Assembly: GCF_006345805.1 (NCBI RefSeq)
Contig: NC_043010.1
Location: forward strand, 5,890,001-5,954,000
DNA from: Octopus sinensis
Lineage: Eukaryota
Reading direction: 5' to 3'
Length of the DNA: 64,000 nt
Position numbers and translations under genes: made by a program. The notes beneath the pieces were generated by a model. The model worked only from the letters and a program-made list of their open reading frames with translations. It did not search any database and was not told the DNA's origin. Positions 13,805 through 24,897 of the stretch are shown here, piece after piece. Position 1 is the stretch's first letter. Every line of letters starts with the position of its first letter.

Positions 13805-13970
13805 ACATATCACTTTCAGAGATCATCATTTATAATGTATAGGGAGTATCATGAATAACATACAGAGGGTATCACATGTAATGTACAGAGGGTATCACAT
13901 ACGGTGTAGGGAGATGATTGCATTTAACAAAGGAGTTATCACATATAATGTACAGAGATGAGCATAAAAA
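13805..13970. repeat. Degenerate ~21-23-nt minisatellite
   Basis: Units similar to aatgtacagagggtatcacat are repeated several times. Confidence 0.7.
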
Positions 13971-14866
13971 CGAACGTTACAAAGATCACTGTCAGGTCAC
14001 AAGCAACTTCTGATAATCCTTTACATGAAATGTCAACTAAATGTAGTCACAGCCAGTTACTATTTTCAAGTCTACAATAGGGATTTGAACAGCACAGCAA
14101 ATTAATGTAACCTATTTGTGGTTCAGTGTTCACAGAAGTAAATTCTGTTTACTCTGTAATAATTATTTACAGTTTGATGCGAGTGAGAGTCAACTGGTTC
14201 AGAATATACTGCTCCAGGACAGAGGCACAAATATTTGAGCTGAGAAAGTAATGATGACTTGTTAAATAGTAAAAGAAAACAGAAAGCAGAGTCGTCTTAA
14301 ACAGCATTAAAGGTCCTTGCCAGGCAAAGCAATGCATGGAGTTCACTACAGACACAATCGCAGCATAGACAGATTAGCATTAGGCTACAAGACTTTCAGA
14401 TACACATTTCCGTAGCATTGAGAGTAACCGAATTGAAATACTTTACACAATAAGTATAAATATACATGGCTGTATACTTAAGAAGCTGACTTTGAAATCA
14501 TATGGTTTCAAGTACTGCCTTACTGCATAGCACCTAGACACATGGATAACTGCTCAGTGTGCCCATACATTCAGACGGCACTGAAGGTGAACTCTTCAGT
14601 TTGGTAAAGCAGTTTGGTTACAGATAGGCAAAAAGCTTTGATACCACTTTGGTCAATTATAATAGGTTGTCAGATAAATTAATTTGTTTTTGTTTGCTAT
14701 TCTTTTTTCCTTGATTTACTTTGAGGTTTTCCAATGTTATTTGAACTAACACAAAAAATAGTTTTATCTTTTTAAGCATTTTTTCCCCCTTTTTGTAGCT
14801 CTATTCTTCCTTTACAACTTTTGTTTATCGTGTTTGTCATTTGAATAAATTTTTACCTCTTTTCAG

Positions 14867-14888
14867 ACCTACAGAATTGGAGTGCCAG
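14867..14888 (+). other. Candidate 22-nt micro-exon of an unidentified plus-strand transcript
   Basis: ttttacctcttttcAG | acctacagaattggagtgccag | GTAAGA, preceded by ~170 nt of T-rich sequence. Confidence 0.45.
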
Positions 14889-14919
14889 GTAAGAAACAAA
14901 AATATCTTCTGACAACGAT

Positions 14920-15160
14920 TGTATGGTCATTTATATATTATATGTTCATGTGAATGTGTTGTTTGGTCAATTATATATTGCATACAAATATAAGCATGTT
15001 ATTTGGTCATTTATATATTGTATGTTAATACAATTTTGTTGTTTGGTCATTTGGTTATTTAAATGATGTTAATGTAAACTCATTTGGTCATATGTTAATA
15101 TAAACGTATACTGGTCATATATATATAATGTTAATGTAAACTTATACTGGTCATTTACAT
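14920..15160. repeat. Degenerate ~40-nt tandem repeat with invariant TGGTCA
   Basis: TGGTCA occurs at 14924, 14964, 15004, 15044, 15085, 15112 and 15148. Confidence 0.8.
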
Positions 15161-16489
15161 ATTGTATGTTAATGAAAACTTAGTAATTTGCATACAAATC
15201 ATATGTTGATATAAACTTGTTGTTTGCTTCAATACATAATGAAAATGCTAATAATGCAGGGATACGTGTTTTTCTAACAAACATATCCTTCCACTACAAG
15301 TGAAAAGGAGTTTTCTTAATATACAGACATCTAACATGTCATAAAAGTGTTGAAAAAAAATTTTGTTTATAAACATGAAATTCCACAGTGCAACTATATT
15401 TCTCATAAACTTTTCACGTTCATTGATTTCCATATAACATGAAAGTCAACAGAAAAATAGGTTTTACATCACAGAATCTATTACAAGATTTCCAGATACA
15501 CATTTCCATAATACTGCGAGTACATGAATTGGAATACTTTTCACAATAGGCATAACACATACAAAGCTGTGTATAGTTAAGAAGTTCACTTTGAAACTAT
15601 GTGGTTTCAAGTCCAGCCCCACAGCATGACACCTTTGACAAATGTCTTCTACTATAACCCTGGGCCAATCTATGCTTTGTGAGCATGACCACAGTCTGAT
15701 GACTAAAATCACAAAGCACTGATCAGTCTGGAGTTATGGTAGAAGACACTTTACCCATGGTAATACACAGTAGGGTTGAACTTAAAATCACATACTTGAA
15801 AAGTGAACTTCAAAACTTACATCCATTCCTATATATGTATAGGCACACACACTGAATATATATATATATGTATAGACACACACACTGAATATATATATGT
15901 ATGTTTTTATATTTTTTTTTCTACTTTCAGTCCAAGGACTACAGCTGTGCCAAAGCACCACCATTTACTTTGCTAGACTTTCACTAAACCTCCTCTGATA
16001 TTATTTGAAAATATTCTAAGAGACATTGTTATCATATATAGCATAAGTCAAAACATCTGATAAAATCTACTAAAAGTCTAGAGTCATATCGTATACTATC
16101 CATGCAAAAGAAAAGTTTCTTCACCAATGCTACCAATTTTTATGTTGGCCAATTCAACTTCTGCCTGTCTCCGTTTGAGTAGAGCAAATATTCTTCAGTG
16201 TTATTTCCTTTCATTCTGATATAGAGTTAAATTGCCATGGTTTTCTATAATATCAGACTTGGGAGTAGCACAAATCTGAAAATAAAACAGTTAATCAAAA
16301 ATGTTAATTTCTTACTTAAAGGTTAAAAGAAGTTTATTATTACATATTAAATAGACTCAAGAAGTGTTACAAGTACATTTGTAAACCATTTCCACTTATT
16401 TCATGTCTGACACTTTTTACTAGTGTAATATACTGCCATTTGGAGACATGGCATTTAGCAGTGGAACCCACACTGAGACTAGTTTAGTG

Positions 16490-17230
16490 AGATGATGTCT
16501 AAAAGAATTTGCCCTTGTCCAAACCGCCCTTGCCCGTCTAATCAATCGCACCTCCGCCCTCAATTCTTTCCCACACCAATCCCCCTACTGCACACCCTTA
16601 CCCTTCTTTTCCACCCCTCCATTCTCCCCTTTCATAAGAGGATCCTATATGGGTTTTCCATCATCTCCAGCTAGATCACACCACCCACCCCATTTGCCCC
16701 AAACCACTCTTGCCTTCCTTTAAATGTGCCCATAACTCACTCAATCTCCTAGTCCGTAGCACCTTCCCTTCTTCCATCCCAGCCTCATCCAGATCCTTCC
16801 CTTGCTCTAGATCCCACTGTCACACCTGTCCTTTTATCACCAACACCACCTCCCTCACTGGATCCAACCAGCACACCCTCCACATTAGAAACTCCTTCTC
16901 CAGTACTTCTTCCAACCTTATCCATTGCATTAGATGTAATCTCTGCTGCAAACTCTACATTAGTCAGACGGGCCGCTGATTGACCGACTGGTTCACCAAA
17001 CATCTATGAGATGTTCATCCACATATGAACACACCTGTCGCCTGTCATTTCCTTTTGACCAACCACTCCACCTCTAATATCTTCGTTTTTGGCTTCGCCC
17101 TGCACCATGGATCCACACACTCCCGACTCCGCCTGGAACAGCGTTAAATTTTCAGTCTAAAAACACAATCTCCTTTTGAACTCAACACAGCCCCCTCTTA
17201 ACGACTGTCTCTACACCCTTCTTAAAAAAC
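16490..17230 (+). mobile_element. Penelope-like element relic, GIY-YIG endonuclease region
   Basis: ORF 16710-16979 reads CSRSHCHTCPF...SSNLIHCIRCNLCCKLYISQTGR, the PLE Cys-rich plus NxIYxIxC..C...YIGxTGR motif. Confidence 0.8.
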
Positions 17231-18054
17231 AACTTTTTATCTTATTTTATCCTTCTTATATCCACTCACTTTTTTACCCTGTGATTTTTTTTTTTTGATT
17301 TTTTTAAATTTTTTTTTGTCGAATTTAAACATTTTTTATAATTGAATTAATTTCTATTTTATCTCTTTAATTTTAATTTTTAATCTTATATCTGTTATTT
17401 ATTGTATCATTTTATTCATTAATTCTATTTTATCATCTTATACCCTTTCCCCCTTTTTTTCCCTACTTTTCATCAATCTTATTTTATTATATTTTATTTC
17501 TGTTTACATGCACACATACATATACACACATATACCTCACACACACCACAAACATACATGCACACATACATATACACACACAACCCCCCCCACATGCACA
17601 CACAAGCACATGAATGCACATATACCTCCCACACACACAATGCACAATGTGTGTACCTACACACACACATACATACACACAAAAATTTACATACCTCCAC
17701 AGACATACATTCACACACATATACATACTTCAAACTGCCAGTCAAACTCCTTTCTACTGACCATTCCTCTACATACAATGTGAAGAAACACACACCTACA
17801 CAAAAGACCACCACTCCTGTTACCATGCTGCTGAATTCTTCCTACAACATTAATAAACACTCACAACACACAATTGCTATTACACACACACACTTGCGTG
17901 CATGCACATACCCACAGCTACCCCCTTCTCTTACACTCTCCAGTCTTAAAAAGAACTTTTTCTTCACCCATTCCTTTCAGGTCATTTCAAAATGTAACTA
18001 CATGTGGATCGTTGGCAATTCTTTATATTCCATCTTCCCTTTCCTCTGTCTCCT

Positions 18055-18089
18055 GTTTCTGAAGAAGAGCTTTGCTCAAAACATAAAAC
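18055..18089 (+). ncRNA. Decayed minimal type-I hammerhead ribozyme-like motif
   Basis: gttt-CTGAAGA-A-gagc(ttt)gctc-AAAAC-ATA-aaac. Stems I and II pair; GAAAC-GTA has become AAAAC-ATA, with both changes at CpG positions. Confidence 0.45.
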
Positions 18090-18224
18090 TATCTTTCCTT
18101 CCTTCCTTCCTTAAGGGTCTGCTAATACTTTGCACGTGCCAAGTCCTCGTGTTGTTGTTTTTATCTCCCTTGATATTATATAATATGTATGTATATTTTA
18201 TATATATTGATATACATATATTCT

Positions 18225-18470
18225 TTTATTTGTTTCAGTCATGCTGAAATCGACTCCTGAACTTATTCTTTGTAAGCCTGGTACTTATTCTATCGGAATC
18301 TTTTACCAAAAAGCGATGTTACAGGGACGTAAACACACCAACAGCAGTCATCAAGCAAAGGTGTCGGGACAAACAAAGACTCGCAAATACATACATACAT
18401 ACATATATATACATACACACACACACGAATGGCTTTTTTCAGTTTCCATCTACCAAATCCACTCACAAGC
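18225..18470 (-). mobile_element. tRNA-derived SINE, partial
   Basis: Similar to the 3' two-thirds of the 4225 copy. Confidence 0.7.
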
Positions 18471-19424
18471 CTTTATATCATTCCATTTCTTTGCTGCCAT
18501 TCATGAATCAGCAACTCATTCACTCTTTCTTTCTTGAGTCAACAGCTAAGTTATTATTATTCAAATGTGACAGTCACTGAATCTAGAATCCCCCCATTTC
18601 TTCCAATATCTAATTGCCAAGGCCACATGTCATTTCATTTCAATTTCAGCCAGAATCCCACTTCCATTGCAAAGTGATTATGCGATAAATTAACAATTAA
18701 AATGTACATGTATATTACTTTAGTATTAATGTTTTAATGATAGTAATAATTATTATTATTAAATAATATGGCTTTTCTTCTGAGCCCGTCTATCTTTGTG
18801 GTGCGTAGCACTTAGTTTGCACATGGCCTATAATCAGCATCCATTTTGCACACCTATTGTGCCCTTCCACCCTTAATTTGTACATTAACAATTTCACCTG
18901 GCGACTCATATGCTTCCTCTGCAGTGTACGTGAATACATATTTTGAGTATACTCTTATACTCCCTTTTACCCTCATACAAGCGCCCTGATGTGTGTCATA
19001 TACAGTTAAATGTACCTCATACTTAAATATTTAGACTTATAGTACTTAAACTGCCCTTATTCTCATACCCACTTGTTGGCTCTTGCTCTAGATGTTGGAT
19101 GCAGTGGGGGAAACTGTGATTCATTGTAACTCATTGAATAAACTATGCACCAAAGCTCTCTGCTAGCTGCCAAGCATTTCCACAGACCTTTGTTTCAGTT
19201 GATGACAACATTTCTACAACTACCTTACTGCTATCACATCAGGCACAGGTTGACAGGCCACAATCGTGGCCCAGATAGATGCATTTAATTTAATAGTTAA
19301 TGTGTTAATAGTATTAAAGTTATTACTTTGTCACTGATAATATTGTTTTATAACTATGTTGACTAACAGAAATTATAAAATAATCAAATTATACTGAACA
19401 AAAATAATATAAATAAGTACTTAC

Positions 19425-19667
19425 CAACAGTTGTCAATCGTTTATACAGTTGTCACAGTACCATTTCAAAGTTCTGGCAGCAAAGTTATTAATATTTTAG
19501 CTGGAGTTCTGAGTAGTTTGGTATGTGATAGTGTTATGCAGTTCTATCAATTTGGTTGCGTAGTAGTTAATGTGTATTGTCGCTGATGACAAGTTGTCTA
19601 TTATTCCAATGCAAGGAAACGGAGGTACAATCTCCAGTTCATACACTTTAATGATGGGCTGACCTAC
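19425..19667 (-). promoter_or_regulatory. Unit E: decayed promoter-like core (19579-19667) plus non-coding exon 0; donor GTAAGT at 19424-19419
   Basis: Homologous to the modules at 29543, 45622, 56749 and 63597. No PCDH coding exon is found to its left within the window. Confidence 0.65.
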
Positions 19668-20167
19668 AGATTAGTTCACTTAACACCAAACATTCACACA
19701 CTAATATACATATGAGTGTATGAATGTGTGTGAAAGTAAAATGTACAAAATTAAATCACTGGAAATATTTGATGTCCAGAATATTGAGGAGGAGAAACAG
19801 ACTCTCATGGAAAATTTTAATATTAAATATGTGAGATGTTGGGTAAAAACAAAAGAAAAAATATTTTCTGCAAGTTTTGTATTGAAGAGTAACAGATTAT
19901 TTCTCGAGCCACACTTAAAAAGGAAAGCCTAAACTCTATTCCCATAAAAAATAATGCTTAAAATGTTCATAAAATGACTTAAGAAAAAAGGAAAAGATTG
20001 TTTTAGGAATTACGAAACAGTGGCTATTAATAAACAAATATTAAAGCAGGAGCGACTCGTCTTAAAAATGCATATTCATAAGAAATTCATAAAATTCGGT
20101 CGATTGTCTCAATTTTTCTTATTCCCTAAATAGCCGAAAAGAATATTTAATGCTAATTTAAGTAAAT

Positions 20168-20173
20168 TTTATT
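20168..20173 (-). terminator. Candidate polyA signal of PCDH-A (AATAAA)
   Basis: About 400 nt after the stop. The same site is conserved after B (30396-30401) and C (46472-46477). Confidence 0.45.
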
Positions 20174-20568
20174 GAAATTTTCGTGATTATTTACGGTGTG
20201 TAAATTTATGTATTGAAGGAATTGTTCAAGAGTTTTCTCCGTTAAGAATATATTTAAAAAAAAAAAAAGTTAACTATATTCAAGGGAGGTAACTGTTGAA
20301 AACTATTTTACAAAGCAATCTAATAAAAATTAGGAATTATATTATTGAACGGGCTTATATACACTCATATTTTAGAATTTGTAAGCACAAGTGTGAGTGT
20401 GTATATATATATATATACACACATACTCACAGTTGTGTTTACAAATTGTAAAATATACGGCTCTTCTTTTCTGTCGAAGATAAATCCTCAAGAATATCAT
20501 TCAATACTTTAAAATAATGGTAGTAACCGTTTCAATAATGCCTTATTGATGACAATAATATTTTAGTG

Positions 20569-20894
20569 TTAATGTAATAGTATGGTGTTGTTTGGTGTAG
20601 ATAGAACAGGTACCTGAAGTACTGAGGGTACCTTTGGTAGCGTTGTTACTTTAGGTACAGCAGGTAGAGGTGGTTTATTATTTGAAGTAAAGACACTTGT
20701 CAATGGCGTTGTAGATGGTTGTTCAGTTATATTCAAAGGTGTTTGGTCAGGATGACAGACTGTGTTAGAATCAACGTTTGGTTGGTAAGTATATCCAGGG
20801 TATTGATTGTTATTATCTCCCCTCGATCTGTCCAGTGTGTGTGGAAGCTGTTTTCTCCTGTTCCATGTACGATCACTTTGGTAACAACACAGAT
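20569..20894 (-). CDS. PCDH: Protocadherin A, terminal exon 3 (cytoplasmic; DLCCYQSDRTWNRRK...KPPLPAVPK...ILLH*)
   Basis: Acceptor ctcttttatttctAG. The phase-1 start matches the phase-1 end of exon 2. Open for 108 aa to TAA. Homologues lie at 30793, 46873 and 58758. Confidence 0.85.
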
Positions 20895-22039
20895 CTAGAA
20901 ATAAAGAGATTTATATGTAATCTGATGCAATGAACTGTTAACAGAATGGAGAACATTAAATTTTTCTAATCATGAAAGGAATTTCAGTTATATATTACAG
21001 GCAAATCTGTACAGTTAAGAAGTTCTCACTTCAATCACATGATTTTGGGTTCAATCTCAATTACTGGTACCTTGAGCAAATGTATGGCACCAGGTCAACC
21101 ACAATTTTGCATGTGGATTTTGTGAATGGAAACTAAAAGCTCATTCAATATGTGTGCAAGCATGCATGCATGCATGTATGTGCACTTTAATTTTCCATTG
21201 TCACTTCTGTCAACTAATTATTCCCTTGGTTTCAGCCTTCAAAAACATGTGAAATAAGTAATCCTTTACTTGATAAAAAAAAACACTCAAATCTTCCGAA
21301 CTTCTTTAAAAAAAAAATTAACATTATTCTTCATCATATACATTTGTAGTCTTCACAAATACCTACTACATCTAATTCTTCTTATAACCAGCTTTTCTTT
21401 CAGCTCATCTGTGCTTCATAATTCAAACACACTAACATTACACAGCATGTAGAATCTGCTTGCTGCATCTCTTTACTCCTGATTGTTCCTATGCATCAGC
21501 AATATGTGAAGTTTTTCTTCTCAGCCAGCCTACCTCTGATCTTTACATATATATAGTATATTAAATATGGCTAAAAAAAACATGAACTCAATACATGCAA
21601 TGAAGAGAATATATTTTTCCTGGGAGAACTGAAGATATAATTTTTCACAGTAAATGATTTGGTTGATCTCTGTAGATAATCAACAGATAGTTGAATGCCT
21701 CTATCCTGAGAGGAAACTAGTGATTCACTATAAGGAATTATATCTTCAACACATACTCTCTCTCTCTACATATATATATATATATATATGTGTGTGTTTG
21801 TGTGTATATATATGTATGTATATATGTGTGTGCGCATGTGTATGTATTTATATGTATGTGTGTATTTATTTATACATACATGTATTTACATATATATAAT
21901 TAAATCAAGTATATAAAATCATCTTAAAGAGATATTAGCATCTAAGTTCCCCGGTTTAATCCAGTGTACCAGTGAAAAACCAATGATGGATATGGATATA
22001 TTACCATTTTTGTATGAGAAAAAGAAAACAGAGAAACTG

Positions 22040-23575
22040 ATATATAGACAAGGTGTGTGATGTGTTCACCTTTCTACTTACTAGAACTTTGGTCTTTGCA
22101 ACATTGACTCTAAGGCCTTTCAATCCTAAACCGTGCTTCCACACCTGAAATTTCTTCTCTAGTTCTGGTAGTGATTCTGCTATGAGGGCCAGGTCATCAG
22201 CATAGGGGAAACCTGTCTTGAAATCCTCTGTTATTGCCTGGAGGACTATGATGAATAAGAGGGGCTGAGGGCTGATCCTTGGTAAACCCCTACTTCTACC
22301 CAGAATTCTTCACTATACTCATTGTCAACCCTAACCTTCCTAACGGCATCTCTGTATAGGGCCTGTACAGCCCTTATTAACCATTCGTCAATTCCCAGTT
22401 TCTGCATCACCAAGCAGATAAGGGATCAGGGGACTACCAGGTTTACAATATGGGTGACTAGGACATAGCCCACACCACCAGATGTTTTAAGCATCTCAGC
22501 AGTGATTCCTGATGAGCCGGGGGCTTTTTCTGGCTTCATACTCTTAATTGCTTTATCTACCAAGGTACTGTCTATTCGGATAGCTGGTCCCTCTATTGGT
22601 CAACATTTGGCAGGCTCTCCTCCTCCCAATCATTCTCCACATTCAGCAGTCTTTTATAATGGCTTCTCCAAGCCTCTTTCTTTTCTGAATCATTAAAAGC
22701 AAGTGCACCATCATCCATTCAAACACATTTCTCTCCTGTGACACCACAATTTTCTCTCACACACTGTCACGCAATCCAAAATACTTCAGTTCTTTGGTCC
22801 TCATGTCGCTGGACATTAGCAAACATCTTTTCTGCCTTGCCCTTGGCATTGTATACCTGTCATCCAGCCTTCCTTCTGGCTATCTGGTACAGTTCCCTGC
22901 TGCACCCACCCTTCCATGCGTTCCAGGCCTGTTTCTTTACTCTAATGGCTTTGTCTGCCATATTATTCCACCACCACATAACTATGTCTGGAAGGGACTT
23001 TGCACCATCAGCAGACTTGGTCTGTGGTACTCAGTAAGCTGTCCCATAGGAATTTCCAGCTACCTTCTATATTCGAGGTCTGTAGCTCCTCCTCCCTCTC
23101 ATCAAATTTCTTGATGAGGATATCCTTAAACCTCTGACCATATGAAGGGTTCTTCAGCTTCCAAATCCTTCTTTTCTGGATTGGTCTGCTTCTTGGCATC
23201 CTTCTAGCCTCGAGCCTAAAGTCACTAATTACTAGTCTATGCTGGGGGGGTACATCCTTCACTAGGGAGGGTCTTTGTATTTAAGAGCAGCCTTGCATCC
23301 TGCTGTCTGGTGAGAATGAAATCAATCTGGCTATCAGAGTCACCTGATTGGTAGGTTATCAGGTGGCTGTCTGTCTTCTTAAGTTAGTGTTGCGGATTAA
23401 AAGGTTACATGCATAACAGAACTCCAGTAGCCTAGTTCCCTCATCATTTCGGGAACCAATGCCGTGGCCCCCATGTGCACCAGTGAAGATACCAAAATGC
23501 TGCCCAACATACCCATTAAAATCTCCAGCCACAATGATGAGGTCATTGCCACTCATCTTTGAGGTAGCCTGTTCT
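22040..23575 (-). mobile_element. Decayed RTE-clade LINE in PCDH-A intron 2
   Basis: IVAGDFNGYVG, QHRLVISDF, RIWKLKNP and YADD-region sequence are colinear with the 1-2032 element but carry stops and deletions. Confidence 0.9.
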
Positions 23576-23632
23576 AATAAATTAATGTCTATATATCAAT
23601 TTCTCCATTTTCTTTTTCTCATACAAAAATGG

Positions 23633-23673
<41 letters not shown>

Positions 23674-23679
23674 CATCAT

Positions 23680-24050
23680 CGTGGCACTCCATCAGTTACG
23701 ACAACGAGGGTTCCAGTTGATCCGACCAATGAAACAGCCTGCTTGTGAAATTAATGTGCAAGTGGCTGAGCACTCCACAGACATGTGTACCCTTAACATA
23801 GTTCTCAGCGAGATTCAGCATGACACTGAGTGTGACAAGGCTGGCCCCTTCGAAAAACAGGTAGAACAGAAACAGAAAGAAAGAGTGAAAGTTGTGAAAG
23901 AGCACAAATCAGGGTTCACCACCACACCCTGCTGGAGCCTTAGGTGTTTTTGCTCAATAAACACCCACAACACCCAGTCTGGGAACTGAAACCATAATCC
24001 AACAACCACGAGTCCACTGTCCTAACCACTGGGCCATTGCACCTCCACAT
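23680..24050 (-). mobile_element. Second tRNA-derived SINE family
   Basis: Sense head gtggaggtgcaatggcccagtggttaggacagtggactc...ggtttcagttccc with A- and B-box-like motifs. Confidence 0.7.
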
Positions 24051-24415
24051 ATACACACACACACACTACTACTACTACTTATATTTAAGCAAATTTAGAA
24101 AAATAAATTTTCTTCGACTGTAATGCACACACATTTGTGGTGACATTCCAAATAAAAGAGATGCTTTAACAGCATAAAAAGAGGATCTCTCACTCGTAAA
24201 ATTTAGCGTTTTTTTTAAAGATATTTACACATTTTCAATCTAAAAATTTTATTACAAGTGTTTAGCTTGCAACTATAATTGTAAAAGAAACTAGATCAAA
24301 CTCAAGAATTTTAGTCAGCAATGCTAAAATACTATCTACTGAATCATGCCAGTGTCTATTATAAACATTCGCAAACTCTAATAATTTGAAGAAAAACACA
24401 ATTATTCCAACTTAC

Positions 24416-24566
24416 CTGGCAGGGTTTCATAATGTCCAGCACTACCGACACTCCAGCCATGACTCCTATCTGTGTGAGAAGACAATGTTGACATTTCGCT
24501 GGTTTCATCGGCACTGCTTAGTTCTCTGTAGCCCGGAGACATACTTTCTTCTCTTGGAACAAACAT
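24416..24566 (-). CDS. PCDH: Protocadherin A, exon 2 (MFVPREESMSPGYRELSSADETSEMSTLSSHTDRSHGWSVGSAGHYETLP)
   Basis: ttttatgtttctAG acceptor and GTAAGT donor; 151 nt, phase 0 in and phase 1 out. The length is identical in all three genes. Confidence 0.88.
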
Positions 24567-24897
24567 CTAGAAACATAAAATAGATACATTGTATGCCATA
24601 ATATTTCATCATGGTATTTCTGTTTCCACATTTCAAGTTATATTGTCGTTCATAATCTCTCATTTTACTTTTAAACTGAAATATTCTAGAAATTCTCATG
24701 TGAGTCAGTAAAGAAAATTAAAAATGTAGATTCTAAATTACTCTTTAAGAAAAGAATTAATCAAACAGAAAAATAATTTTTCTTTTATATTCTGCAAAAC
24801 AGCTTCAAAGGTTCTTGGTTAATTACAGCCTGCTTTATTATTAACTATGGAATGTTGAAAGGAGAAATATTTTGAAATTAAAAGAAAATTATCTCAC

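Noticed and set aside
13400-14400. Possible ancient LINE RT remnant
   Set aside because: Only faint motif echoes, with no colinear series of RT motifs that I can support.
17487-18247. 229-aa His/Thr-rich ORF
   Set aside because: Produced by a CA-rich microsatellite plus repeat sequence.
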